A DNA stretch of 64,000 nt from Lytechinus pictus (GCF_037042905.1 NC_087252.1:23562001-23626000), one strand, 5' to 3'; counted from the first letter of the stretch, positions 12,858-27,206 are shown. The notes: generated by a model from the letters alone, not told the origin. Translations and numbers: made by a program.

Positions 12858-15800
12858 CTGTGAGGTAAGATAATAGGATATTTATTTGCCCCTCTTTCTT
12901 CTTTTACGTACATGATTTTTGTGCCTTAAAGGACAAGTCCACCCCAACATTAATTCGATTTGAATAAACAGATAAAAATACAACAAGCACAACGCTGAAA
13001 ATTTCATCAAAATCGGATGTAAAATAAGAAAGTTATGACATTTTAAAGTTTCGCTTTATTTCACAAAACAGTTATACAGTGCGTCCCAGAAAAACGAAAT
13101 CGAGATGTATCGATGATTTATCATAACTTAATCACAAATACAATAGACAAATGACCTACCATTGTAAAGCTTAGAATCTCCTCTTTCATCTGAAATTACT
13201 TAGATTATTTATCATTCACGCATGAGTGAGCAAAAGCAATTTGAAGAGGGGATACCAAAAAGTCATTTGGCGGGGACTATCTGAATATAAAAAAGAAAAT
13301 CACATGCCTAAAAGTTCAATATCTGCTCTTTTATTTGATACCTCAATTAAAGAAAATGGTCAAGAAATAATAAAGTTCTGGTTATTTGAAACAAGGTTAG
13401 CCTGGCTGGGAGGGAGTGGGCGCCATTTTTCGAAAAGTACACATGGGCGCCAAGAATCAGGTCAAATTCATGCCCCCCCCCCCCTTCTCACGAAATCCTG
13501 GATCTGCACCTGGGTTCTATAACAATAACCCAATTAGGGCAATCATCCCCTGACAACTACTTCAAGGAAAATATGATCCCAATATTTTTACCCCCGGGGA
13601 CTGTTACCCCCGGAAATTTACCCTCCAGACAATTACCCTCGGTACAGAGCCTTTAAAATGCCATCGACGTGACGACATGACGTGATACTTTTTCTTGCCA
13701 TGTGTGATTAATAAGCTTATTATTTCGACATGGAGATATATTCTATCTTGTCAAGTCGATATGTCGACATGGCGAGATATGAAGTGTACAAGTCCCGGCG
13801 AGAATCCCGATATATCGCCATGTTGACAGATAACTTGTTACAAGTCGACTTGGAAAGATAAAATATCTCACCATGTTGACGTATAACTTTTTATATGTGG
13901 ACTTGGCAGGATAACGTATCTCGCCATGCGGACATAATAAGCTTATTTAGTCGACATGGCACGATAAAGTATCTCGCCATGTCGTCAAGTCAATGGCATT
14001 TGAAAGGCTCCGTACGAGGGGTAATTGGCGTCTAGAGGGTAAATTTCCGGGGGGGGGGGAACAGTCCCCGACGATAAAATATGGGAATATTTTTCTTGAA
14101 GTAGTTGTCAGGGGGCGATTGTCCTTTGGGTCATCGTTAAAGAACCCCATGGACTCGTATCATTGACCTTTTGACCTCTTGATGACATTGGATCTCACTA
14201 TATCCTGATCATAATTTTACACACAGCGCGGACTATCGGACCCGCGGTCTATCGGGCTGTAACCGATACGACCTAGAAAGTATAGTATTGCCATTGCTGA
14301 TATTATTACGATTAATTTTTTTTGTCTAGCATGTAAGAAGCATTCACAATAGAAATGTGGTTTGGCCTCTGTGGGTTACGGTCGTTATTCCGAAGGTTCA
14401 TTATCCCGAAGGTTCGAATATTCTGAAGGTTCGTTATTCCTAAGATTCGTAATTCTGATGGTTCGTAATTCCAAATGATATTGTGGTTCTAACTTTGCCT
14501 TAGGGATTGTTAAACAGATAAAGAGGACAAGTCAAGGCATTTTGCAACCATTGGTTTGTACACGACGCCAAGCAGAAGACAGCTATCCCGATAAGCTGAT
14601 ATCTTTCATATACACTCGGCAAAAAAAGTTCTTGGACACTTATAAAAGTTAAAATATTCCATATAGATATTTGATTAAAGGCAAATTATTGTATGTCAAC
14701 ATGACCAGACAATATTCCTCTTCCAACATGACATGACATTTTCATGTGAACATATGACTGATCCATTTCTTGCAATTTCCTTTTACTGACATTGCTATTG
14801 TTTAAAGCATGTAACCACCCATGCATGACTGTTCACATGAAAATGTCATGTAATATTGGAAGAGGAATATTGTCTGGTCATGTTGACATACAATAAGTTG
14901 CCTTTAATCGAGTATCTATATGGAATATTTTGATTTTTATAAGTGTCCAAGAACTTTTTTTGCCGTGTGTATAATGTTGAGAATAAGAATTTAGCACCTC
15001 GCAAAATACATAAACATAAAATTAAAACAATCGCCTGGTTCACAGTTCTTCTCATTTCATGAGCAAGAAAGAAAGAGTCCCATTTATTCGCATTACGATG
15101 ATTTTCTTTTTTTAAATTGTGACGTTTCATCATAAACTTACCATCAAGCATTGGATTACTTTCAGGTTCATCATTTTCCAAATCTGTGAGGTAAGATAAT
15201 AGGATATTTATTTGCCCCTCTTTCTTCTTTTACGTACATGATTTTTGTGCCTTAAAGGACAAGTCCACCCCAACATTAATTTGATTTGAATAAACAGATA
15301 AAAATACAACAAGCACAACGCTGAAAATTTCATCAAAATCGGATGTAAAATAAGAAAGTTATGACATTTTAAAGTTTCGCTTTATTTCACAAAACAGTTA
15401 TACAGTGCGTCCCAGAAAAACGAAATCGAGATGTATCGATGATTTATCATAACTTAATCACAAATACAATAGACAAATGACAAACAACAGACGCAGGTAA
15501 TTCGAAGAGGTAACCACATTGCGAGTGTGACCTTGCAGATGCCCAGTGTGGAAACGTCGGAATTTGCGTGGGTGTGTGGTCTCTTTGACCAATCAGAGTG
15601 AAGTATTCTTTCTTTATAAGCTGCTAAATGAACTTGGCCTATGAAAAGCTGACTGCTGACCCATCTAAACACCTCTTCTTATAAAACCTATATCATATTA
15701 AAGCTTAGATCTTCAGCTTTATCATAATTTTAAGATCATCTAGGTTCGCACAGTAATTGAGTATATAACAACAATTTTGGTTGCATGAAAATAGTGCAAA

Positions 15801-15925
15801 CACCTTCCGATCGTGAATATCACTAGGATAAAATTAGCTACTCTTTTTGAGGACCTGCCAACTGACTGCCTCTATCTAATTCTCAATTGAAAAACATAGT
15901 TCATAGTTCATAAAAATCCATTAAA

Positions 15926-16220
15926 TCATTCACCAAATAGTTCAGCAGCGAGATGGATTTGACCAGCCTTTTCTAGAGCAGTCTGCAAGGCTTTCAGCTC
16001 TGTATGCTTTGTTTGCTTCTTTCTCCACCTACGGAGCATTGAAAGAGTTCCCATAAACGACACTCCTGTCTCTCTCTTGTTCTCCTCAACGTAACGGTCA
16101 ATATCCTCTGGTCCGAAGCCAAGGGCCATTCCCAGATCATATATCTCTTTACGTGAGACAACTTTATCTGCAATGGTTTTTAAGATGTCATCAAAGTCCT
16201 TCCCTCGAGCAGGATTCATC
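15926..16220 (-). CDS. Terminal exon encoding a death domain (probably a duplicated copy within intron 4)
   Basis: Acceptor aactttttag|G ATG (phase 2), TGA at 15926-15928. Death-fold pattern: ILKTIADKV...DLGMALGFGPEDIDRY...LSMLRRWRKK...LQTALEKAGQIHLAAEL. Confidence 0.85.
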
Positions 16221-16391
16221 CTAAAAAGTTTATTTGATAAATGATTACAGAGTGTGAATTCTCATAACTGTGCTGATTTCCTCTATTACGGCCTTTCAAC
16301 TCCCAAATTATCTCCAATCATTTTTTTTTACTTTCTAAAAGTCAATTCCACCCAAGAAAATATTGATGTGAATCAATAGAGAAAAATCGAA

Positions 16392-16912
16392 AAAGGCATA
16401 ATGCTGTATATTTCACCAAAATCACTCTTTATTTTTTGTTTGTTAATGTTTGAATTGTACAATATTTCATTCTTTACAAGTTTCACAATGGGGACCAACT
16501 GTATTAAACCATGTAATATTTAAACAATGGTAATGACATGTTCAGGGAGGAGTTTAAAAATGAGGAGGAATTAGAATGTCCCGTACTTCATATCGTGAAA
16601 AAGAAAATAAAGAGTGAGTGGGTGACGTCATTAGTTTCCTAATTTGCATACCGAACAGTGTGTGCATATAGCTGTTTTATAAAATTATGCGATTCTTTAA
16701 AATGTCATAACTTTTTATTTTACACTCTTTTTAATGATTTGGATGCGTCATGGTTGTGAGATTCTTTCTCTTTCTTTATTTATATCAGCTTCTTTGTCTA
16801 GGTAAACTTTTTTGTGTGTTCACGTTTTTACCCTCGAAAATGTTGATAATTCATATTTTTTCTTATCTTTCCGGGTTATGCTCGTGTTATAATTGATCTA
16901 TTCTTGTCATCT
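16392..16912 (+). repeat. Segmental duplicate of window positions 1-521
   Basis: Colinear at offset 16391 with about six substitutions. Similarity ends abruptly after ttcttgtcatct. Confidence 0.95.
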
Positions 16913-19058
16913 TATTTCATATCGGCCTGGGATATGCGATTCTGGTGTCTAAACCACTGTTTTCAAGGGTCAAAATAATACATTTGGACAAATTTTAAGG
17001 ACAGTCAGTATTCTGGTAGGCCAAAAATCCAATATGGCTTCCAAAATTGATTCTAAAATGGCTGCTGACACTTGAAAGTGGCATATCTCACTTTATATCC
17101 GCCTGTGAGATATATGATTTCGGGGTCTAAACTATGGTTTCAAGGGTCAAATTATACATTAGGACAAGTTACAATGACAGTCAGTGATCTAGTATGTCCA
17201 AAATTCCAAGATGGCTTCCAAAACTGGAGTAAAATCATGTCTGATGTTACTTATAAAGGACCTAGTCTGTTTAATATATGTCTGGGGAATGAGTTTGGTG
17301 TCTAAACCATGGTTTAAAGGGTCAAGTAATACACTAGGGTAAGTTACAAGACCAGTCAGCTGTCTGTATGTTAAACAAATTCCAGATGACTTAAGAAATG
17401 GTTTGTAAATTGACTGTTGTTACTTAAAAGTATACATAGTTTAATAGAAATACACATTGGAGGTATGATTTGTCATCTACACTAGAGTTTAAATGGTCAA
17501 GTAATACATTGGGTTAAGTTGAAAGGACAGTCAGGCGTCAGGTATGTCCAAAAAATCGAAGATGGCTTTAAAAATGGGGGGTTTAAATAACTGTTTTTAC
17601 TTAAAAGTGGATATAGAATATTCCAAATATACCTTGGGGATATTATTTTGGTGTCTACACTAGGGTTTCAAGGGTAAAGTAATACTTTGGGACTGGTTAC
17701 AATGATATGCAGTTATCTATTTTGACTTAAAATCCCAGTTGGCTTCAAAAATGGGTTAAAATGACTGCTGTTACTTGGACAGATGGGCAGACTTTATACA
17801 ATATTCACCTGTGAGAAATAATCTTGGTGCCTACACTTAAATGCATGGGATAAGTTATATTGTTTCATGAGTTGTTAACAGCACGCATTTTTATGAAATA
17901 TTAGAATCCGCCATGGATTTTTTTTTGACAAAATGGAATACTTACCCTCCTTGTTACTTGTCCGAATGTATTATTTGACCCTTCATAACACAATTTAGAC
18001 ACTAACACTATTTCTTACAGATAGATGTTATAGAACTCTGACCATTATTGAGTGATATGAGTCGTTTTAGATGCCTTTTTGAAAGGCAAACTGGACAACT
18101 GCATATTAATGTAACCAGCCAAACGTATTATTTTAACAATGAAACCATAGTGTGAACACAAAAGTCATGTCTCCTTGGTGGATTTTAAATGAGCTATGTC
18201 CATTTTTAAATAGCAGCAGTCATTTTAAACTCCGATTTTTTGGAAGCCATTTTGGAATTTCGACTTACTGGACCACTGACAGTCCTTGTAACTAATTTTC
18301 TGACTTTTGAAACGGTATAGTATGAAAATTGAATAGACATCAAAATCATATTCCCTTGACAGATATTACATGAACTATGTCAATTTGTAAATACCAGCGG
18401 CTAATTCATATTATTTTTAAGCCCCTGTGGACTTTTGGACATACTTGACCACCCATCGTCCTTATAACCTATGTATTATTTGACCCATTTAACCATGGTA
18501 TAGGCACACAAATCATATTCCCGGATATTGAACAAACTATGTTTGTTTTTAAGTATTAACAGCAATTTTAAACTCAATTTTTGAAGGCCATCGTGGATTT
18601 TTGGACACACCAGACCACCGGTAGTCCTTGTAACTTGTCCCGATATGCTACTTCACCATCAAAACCATTGAATAAAAACAAAATTAAAGCCACTTAAGTA
18701 AGTGATAGATGAATTTTTTATTTTTTAGCCTACGGCAGCCATTTTTGGGCGCCATCTTGGATTTTCTAGTACCCGGAGTGCTTATACTCACTCTAACTTG
18801 TATCAATAAATATGTTTACCAACTGGACCATGGAATATGAACCCAAATAAAATTCTAGTGTGGATAATGAGTGAGTTATATCCATTTTCAGTGAATGGCG
18901 GCCATCTTGGACGCCATCTTGAAAATAACTACTTTCCTATATGCGGATTTTAGTAGATTTTTAGTATGTTATTCCTGAGGTCAAATACTGTCAGAAACAG
19001 TTGGAAAATCATTTGTTGCAATTTGGTCCGGGTCAAACCATATATTGACCCGTCTATA
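16913..19058. mobile_element. Left-truncated interspersed repeat with internally repeated, inverted CAAGATGGC/GCCATCTTG-type units
   Basis: Left half repeats aaaatggcttcc-like units and right half their complements. A homologous copy lies at ~44720-46200. Confidence 0.6.
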
Positions 19059-22000
19059 TATGCCGCGGGCGAGACAAAAAACGGGAGGCTTGGAGCGGGC
19101 TTATTGTAGAAAGGAGGGTCCACGGAACTACAAATGTTTGTGAAAACGGGGGTCCTTGGAAAGGGTCGCCTACGTGTGAGTGCGTATGCTATGGAACGTG
19201 CATGCAGCTAGCCCGGCGGCACAGGCGCCGCGTGCGCTAGCGCAAATGCGATGCTTGGACAGCGCTCTGCGGCCGCCTTTCACCAAAATTGCCGCTCATT
19301 GTAGCAGATCAATGCGGTCGGAACGGCGTAAAGGAAAATATGCGAAGCTTTGGAACGGATTTCTTTATTATTTTTTCTCGATAAGAAGAAAATGCTATGC
19401 TTTGGAGCAGCTTTCTTTGTTCTTTTTCTCAAAAAGACAAAAATGCAATGCCTTGGAACGGAAATTCGAGTGTAAAAATGGGGGTCCCCTCCGCGGCACA
19501 TACCCACTATGCATTGAGTGTCCCCTCCGGGGGTGAACTAAACTGATGGGAAAAGGGTCGACAGAACGTTTAGCCTCCCTCGTATAGGTACGCCCCCACC
19601 CCCCCTCCTGTTGAGATTGAGACTGATTGCTATGTACGCATTAGGTGCAGAGCGGACTGTCAATTTGATAATAAGTTCTGAAAATTAGGTTATCAACTTT
19701 TACCTATCAATCATTCAATCAACAATCTGTTAGTAAATCAACTCAATCAATGTGATCAATCAAATATTCACCTTTTTCAATGAATTATCAATCAAACATT
19801 CAGCCTTTTCAATAAATCATTTCATAAATCATCATAATTAGTCAAGTTCTTAATAATCATTCAATGGAAAAGAAAGACCCGTCAACCATAAGTCACTTGG
19901 CATTTAAGTTTTAAATATCATCCAGGAGAAAAAAGGGGTGGAGGACGGGGGTGAGTACATGACATGTAATTTGTAAGAGAACACAAAGAAGAATTCCCCT
20001 TTAAACCAGTCTTACCCTATTTCACCCCCTTGCATGTAACAGGTACCATCATATCACTCTGACTCTCACAAGCACACTTGCTAAGATTCACATAATAAAC
20101 TAAAAATGCTATAATAAAATTACAATTCTTGTTTACTCATGCATTACATTTCAATTTAGTACCTCATGAAATTTGCTTAAGAAACCAAAACTGATCTCAA
20201 TTCATCAGTAATTTAGCATAACACCCTTAACTTTACAAGTTCCAAAGAACTCACCTCTAAAAAAACCTGGAAGGCTACTTTCTGCTCACCCTAGCAAACG
20301 CTAGTCTCTCAGGAGGGGTGAAAGGGGTAGAGAGAGAGGGGGGATTAAGTGTTCTGTTGACCCATATCCCGTCAACCTACTTCCCCCACCTAAGTCCTAT
20401 CCCTATTCTGACTTCCATGAATACATTGCTGAGATCCACTTTAAAAGTGAAACATTTTATTTTATATTCACTCATGCATTAAATTTCAATTTAATATTTC
20501 TTGAAATTTGCTCTAAAAACCTAAATTGATAATGCTTGATCATTGATTTATCAAAATACCCTCAACTTTGCAAGTTCCAAGGGACTCGCATCTCAAAAAC
20601 TGAAAGAAATTGGAAGGCTAATTCCTGCCCACCCTAATTTTCATACCTGTGGTTTCAGTGGGCAGTGCTCGCTCAAGAATGAACAGATGAATAGTTTTTC
20701 AACTTTTTGGTGTCATTTGAAAGTTGACTTTATTGGCTTCTATATATGTAAGTGTTTTCTCCCAAAGTGATATATTTTTTATTTGGCAGCCATTTCAAAA
20801 GTGTATAGTTTTTTGGGGGGACGCACCCTATAACTTGTTAGGGATAACTTTTACCAAAATAATTTTGCTCGATCATATTTTAAGACAAAATTTAACATCA
20901 CAATCCTTCGGGTAAATATCTAACAATGCTTGATTTACCCACAGAATAGTATGTAATTTTGTCTTAAGTTACATAAATACACTTGCAAACACTAACCAGT
21001 ATTATTGTAATATATTTACTGTGGTTGTTATGAATAACAAACGATTTCATTTGACTCAAATCGTGGGATTTGTCATCTCTTGGCCCAAAGACCGGTGGAC
21101 CAAAGATTGGCAACTGAGAGTCAGATTTAACATAAATATAGGAAAAATATGAATGCACAATGAAAACTTCTCATAACTGCTTTAGCTTAAACTTAGTGTG
21201 AACAAAATCAACTAACATGTTGTTACACCTCGCAAAAAAAAAACTTCGATTATGTTATTTTATAGTGTTATATTTCAAATATATCCTCTTGCTCAACATT
21301 CTGCAGCTACTGGGTTGAATGTCAATGCCAATACAATACACATTCTTTGGGTATAATTGCCTCTGTTTTAGTTTAATCTTTGTACTAGTGTCGTTCTCAA
21401 GTAGATTTTCTTATGTTAATTGGGATAAATATTCTCTGAAAACTTTTGTGCCAGCCAAATATGTGTCATCTACTGATTCATAGACGCAGTGTGATGTAAA
21501 ATTTAGAAAAACAGAATAAAATAGCATCACATGAGGGCTTTATTGCTACAAACAAGTTTTCAGCAATCGAAATTGCATAAAAGGTGTACTGGCTATCTGT
21601 TATGTTACCAGAATAAAGATTCGGACACATCAAAGTCATCACCATCAGTCTACACTGTCAAAATTGAAACCATGAGGTCAAAATTAACAATAGATTGATT
21701 TCTCTCTAAGTCTTTAATTAGTTTGTGCTTTTCCTTTCCAAATTTTTGCAGCTCCTACATTTTATTGAAGGTGTAACCCACAACTATATTTTATCTCTCC
21801 TCATTTTCTTTACATTAGACAGCCACAATTTCAATCGTATTAATTTCATGATTTACATCAACTAATTATACTAATTAGCTTAATTAGGTACCTTTTAAAC
21901 TTAAAAGTTCAAATTTGACCCACTTTTAATATGATTAAAGAATAAATTAGTGAGCCCCAAAACTACTACATATTTCAGGTACTGTGATGTTACATATTTT

Positions 22001-22569
22001 GCTTCTTAATTAAAAAAAAAAAATATGCCCCCCTCGTCTACCACCTTGCAAATGACCAATTGATGTTACATAATGGCTAATTACTGGTAAATGATGTAAT
22101 CTCAGGTATTTATTTTTCTTCAAAATAATTGGTGTAAAGATTCCCTTTAATGTGATACAAAATATACCCATGTAGCATATTCATTTCAAGTTTTATACAG
22201 TTAATCATTTCTGTGCGATGTGTAACGATACAACCTATTTGTGGGCACAGCATAAAACGCATGGCCATCCAATAAATTCATCTAGTTCTCATTTAGTAAG
22301 TCTAACTACCAAACAAACAAGAAAATATCATAAAGTAGAAAATTAATTAAAAAGGAAACGGTGCTTTATACCAACATTGGTAAGGAATATAGTTAACATA
22401 TTAAAATGTGAAAGGAAAATAAAATGAGACAGAGAAGAATAAAGACACATTAATGAAAAAAAAACCCGTAATACACAATACAATAAACGAGAGGGGGAAG
22501 GGGAACTATTTGTCAAATAACTAGTTAGAACCCCCACAAGGTTACTATTGTCTTAAACATTACAGCTAA

Positions 22570-25500
22570 CAGGGGCGGATCCAGCCTTCGCCAATAGGGG
22601 GGGGGGCGGATTATTTTAGCCATATTTTCCCCGATCGGCCGCTCGAAGATGATTTTTTGTTTCTTTAAAGGGGTAGTCCTAATAGTCACTTTTTAGCTTT
22701 ATTGTTATTAATCAACATAAATATATGATATTGTAGCGACCAAAATACTTTAATCAACCTTATTTTTAGTTTTGTCCTATTAAAGACCCACTAGTTTCTT
22801 TTGCCGCCGTTTTTTAGATACGTCACAGTCTTTACAAATCGTATTACTTATAATTTCCTACGCTGACTAAGTAGTCCAGCAATAACATATTTCTTTTATT
22901 TCTTAAAAATAACAGTGAAGTATTTGTATATATTAAAAATAAGATTACATATAGCAATTGTTTTAATATACTCATTTATTACCTGCCTTTTCATTCGGAA
23001 GCCCCAATTTATTTTATTAAAATAGTCCGATAACTCATGTCAGGCAAGCCCTTCCGGGAAGGCATGTTTAGCGTCACTTGCAGGTAATAAGTCATCGAGA
23101 AAGGTGGACCAGACCGTACGTCGTCTTAATAATCGATTTTCTGTTTGTACGTGGCAAGGCAGTTTTAATTACAGTAATCAGCCAATGTACGTTATTTAAT
23201 ATTGAACGATTAAATGATGATATTAATGTATGTTGAATTATGATGTTTTATGGCAGTTAACTATTCAATTCCGAGTTATATTTGATATACTATGATTTAC
23301 CTGATATGTGATCCATCGACCGCCTTTACATATTCTGTATTTCTGTTTTTATTTCTGTACAATGCAGGGGTTTCTTTCTCCTTCATTAAAAGTCACCAAT
23401 CTAAAACTTGACTCCAGCAATGTTTTCTGTCGGGTGTATATCTCAAACGAGGAACCTGCACGGTTTCTTCAATATCATAATCCTTATTTATATAATGCGA
23501 GCGCGAAGCGCCGGCTAGATTTTTAGGAAATCTTAAAATTTGAACATTCTGGGCTATGTTTGTTATCCTGATAAAGACGTGTATGCAACTAAATAAGAAC
23601 GCAAAACGCAAAGCGCAAGCGGAAATAAACTGTCGGAAAAGGTACATGTTAAAGATTGAATGTAGTTAGCCAGGAAGACGTTTCATATTTCAAAAATCAA
23701 ATAATGCGAGCGCGAAGGGCGAGCTGAAATTTTTTGACATTTTTACCCGAAGAATGGAAATTCTAAGCACTCTTTTGTAACTTAAACAGAATAGGTATAT
23801 AACCAAACAATTAATGCGAGCGCGAAGCGTGAGCGGAATATTTTGAGATTGAGACCTACTGAACGAGACACTCTATTCATGTTTTGTAAATCATGAAAAG
23901 GATGAGTAATTGGAGATCTTCCTTACATTAATAATGCGAGCGCAAAGCGCGAGCAGAAAATTTTCATATGCGTTTTGAACTGATCGAAAAGGTACCTGTT
24001 AAGGACTGTCACTTAGCCATGAAGACGTTACATATTTGAACAATCAAATAATGCGAGCGCGAAGAGAGAGATGAAAATTTTTGACATTTCTTCATAAAGA
24101 ATGGAAAGTTTTAATCAATTTTTATTATCGTGAACAAGATAGCTATACAGTGCGTATCCAAAAAAAATTACAACTAGAAAAAATACTGTAAAATTGTACA
24201 TTTGTAATATCCTGAAGATTTTCCACATTTTAACATTGGTACAGCTCCATTTCAGCAAATGACGATATAATTTTGCAAAAATATTTCCGCTTGAGTGAGC
24301 ACCACTTACTTTTGAAAAGTTATTGAAAAATAATTTGAACTTTGAAATAGTTATGCGAATAAAAGTAGACCTTTAAAGAACACGTGGAATTTAGCTAGTA
24401 AAATTGATTTGACGATATCTTTTACCTTTTTAAACTTGTTTCCTTGCCCAAAACACTTCGAAGAGTGCATTGCGCCCCACCCCACTCCCCCACACACCGA
24501 GGCCATCGTGACGATATTTGCTTTACACTGAGCTGTGATTTACGTGAAATGGCTTGGGCTTGATTTTCATTTTGTTAATCATTGTCAAGTTTGGGAAAAG
24601 TGTGGAGATACAAGTATTAAATGAAAAATGAAATGTAAACCCACTTTAAAGGATAAAAACTTAGTGAAAAAATGCTGGAGATGTCTGATATCAACTTTTG
24701 TTCAGATTCAGTTATGTCCTCAGATCCAGCTGGCACAAAAGGGTAAAGGATGTGCTTTCTAAGTGCTGAAATTTCAATTCGGGTGGCAAAATTGTTACAA
24801 AATGCTTCAGTTCAAATGTATCAGTTTTATTTCAACTGACTAAAAGTGCAAGGGAAATGCGTGAGAAATGTTTCGCAGGGTAAGTTTGATTTCGCCCTTT
24901 CTCTCTGAAACAGCATGAAAACGAGCATTTCTGCGCAAACAGATTTCTGCGAGCTTTACAAAAATGGACAGTACTCACTCAAGTGTAACATTCTGTCAAA
25001 ACCTTTACTTTCATTGGATAGATGAGACCCAAAGCCAAGATTATATGTGAAAAAATTACCCAAATGTTGTATATTGTTTTATTCCCAGGGCTTTTTCAAA
25101 GTGTAAACTTTTTTTATACGCACTGTATAACTAAACAATTGATGAGACCGCAAATCGCGAGCGGAAAAAAATCGGGATTTAGACCTAAAAACGGGACAAT
25201 CTATTCATGTTTTGTAAATCATGAAAAGAATGAGTAATAGCCTAATAGGGGATATTTGTACATTAATCATGAGAACACAAAGCGCGAGCAAATTTTTTTT
25301 GATATTGTGATCTGAAACTGGATAATAATAATGTCCTTATAGGACATGTCATCATATGAAAATGAAGACTGCATGTCTTCCTATTCCTCTTGCTAAGCTC
25401 GATATGAAACAAAGGGGACAATAATTAAATCATTAAATTAATATCTTATTCATTAATGCCTAATGAGGGCACGAACTCTGATGATTTGATGGCCTGAGAA

Positions 25501-26170
25501 CTGTACATTTCAATCACTTTTGTAATTATAACTAGGATGCATCAGTTAATATATTATTAACCATTAATGCGAGCGCAAATTGCAAGCCTAATTTTTTTTT
25601 TATACACTGTTATGAAAAGTGGATTTTAAGTAGTTTGTTGTATAATCAATGTTGAGACATATATAAATCGCTAAAAAAATGCTAGCTGATACGTTTTGAC
25701 AATCAGACCTGAAAAGGGATATTTTGAAAACTTTATGGAATGCACGAAAATAATAGGTAACCTGATAAATCAAAATTTGCGAGCGAGCAGAAAATGTTAA
25801 TATTCAGACCATAAAACTGACATTTTTACAGAGCACTTTTTAAAAGTCAATTTTTAAATCACACAAAATAATGAAATTTCGATTTCCGAGATGAAATATG
25901 TTTTGTATATTATATATTGATATTTAAACTCCATATTGAACAAGATATTTAAGGGCGAGCGAAATTTTTGTTTAATGACATGAAAGATTTTCTTAATTAT
26001 TTTCCAAGTCTTACCCTCACGTTATTTTATTCACTCGTCTACTTCCTCTTCTGTTTCCCCCTTTTTTTCTCCTCTCTCTTCCCTTCTTTTTTTCTTTCTT
26101 TCCCCTTTTCCTTTTTTTGCTCCGCCAATAGGGGGGGGGGGGGGGCTCGGGCCCCCTGGATCCGCCTATG
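22570..26170. mobile_element. Non-autonomous hAT-like element with 5-bp TSD
   Basis: GCTAA|CAGGGGCGGATCCA...TGGATCCGCCTATG|GCTAA, with internal GCGAGCGCGAAGCGCGAGC-type repeats. Confidence 0.75.
24148..25125. mobile_element. Tc1/mariner-like MITE nested in the hAT-like element
   Basis: TA|CAGTGCGTAT...ATACGCACTG|TA. Confidence 0.75.
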
Positions 26171-26619
26171 GCTAATACTATACATGAGATCTTCTATATT
26201 TTAAATGATGGATATCTCGCAACTTTGAAATTATATCCTTATAAAAAAAATTTGGCTCGAATGAACAAATTCTTATCACAACTTTTAAAATGAAAAAAAC
26301 CCTTTCAAGATTAGCTATAGGAGAATGACCCCATTCGAGAACATCATAATTGGAAGAATTAATATTGAATTATTATATCATAAATAACGATTTGGAAGAA
26401 GGATTTGAAATTGTATTCCATTTTTTTAGGGTGGAGTTGGAGGCTTGAAGACATGATTTTCCATGTGCAATGACCTCAGACCTTTGTCGTTATTACTCAG
26501 TAGATCATTAAACGTAACATCTCTTGGAATCTCTTTATCTTGTGTTGCTTAAAGAGCATATAATTTGTTTTCTGTAGATAATTCAATCCACAAAGTGACT
26601 ATCATTAATTCACCAATTA

Positions 26620-27195
26620 CATTTTTAAATAGGACTATAGGTTTTTGTTTGACAACACTAACTAAAAAAGACATGAATACAATTCACGATGAAAGATCAA
26701 GCATTTTATGAAAACACGTTTTATCTGACAATTATGATAGTAACAGCGCTTCTCAGCCAATCAAAATCAAGGAAAGATGTCAGATCTAACAATCTGTAGA
26801 GACAAAAATGTCGATGAAACCCTCCCCAGAGGTCTATTGAAAACAATTAATGTATAAATAAAGTAACAGACCAAGGAGAGTTCACAGAGGACTTGAACAG
26901 CACATGTGACATTATCCATCTGTAAAAGAGAGTCAATCCTTTTTATAGGGACCAATTGTGTCCTGCAAGCGAAGTAACTCTTGAACCAGTCCAATGATGC
27001 GCCCTGATTGGAATATCATGATTTACTTTCGCCATAAAGGTACCACCTCACATTCCTCGGTACATTTTATTGATAAAGTATTACAATTCAACAACAAGAA
27101 ATGCTTAGACCTATATGTATTCTATGTTAGTCAATTCGTAATTTTTTCAGCATTAATTAGGGCCATAAATGCTTTTTATGCTAATTGTAATTTCT
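26620..27195 (-). pseudogene. Old CR1/L2-group reverse transcriptase relic
   Basis: ORF 26767..26994 keeps DWFKSYF..RTQLV...VTC, the segment that precedes the GVPQGS motif. Heavily decayed; boundaries approximate. Confidence 0.55.
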
Positions 27196-27206
27196 AGCAA
27201 GATTAC

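Larger units (their letters stand above)
5164..15481. repeat. Recent tandem duplication of a ~2.33-kb unit; copy 1 is split by the 5.9-kb insertion
   Basis: 5164-6054 matches 13396-14252, and 11925-13155 matches 14253-15481 (offset ~2326). Twin ORFs 12520..12855 and 14846..15181 differ by one residue. Confidence 0.92.

Noticed and set aside
12520..15181. Duplicated 111-aa ORFs as a gene pair
   Set aside because: They start at TTG, read through a splice donor and run into a palindromic MITE. Their identity reflects the tandem duplication.
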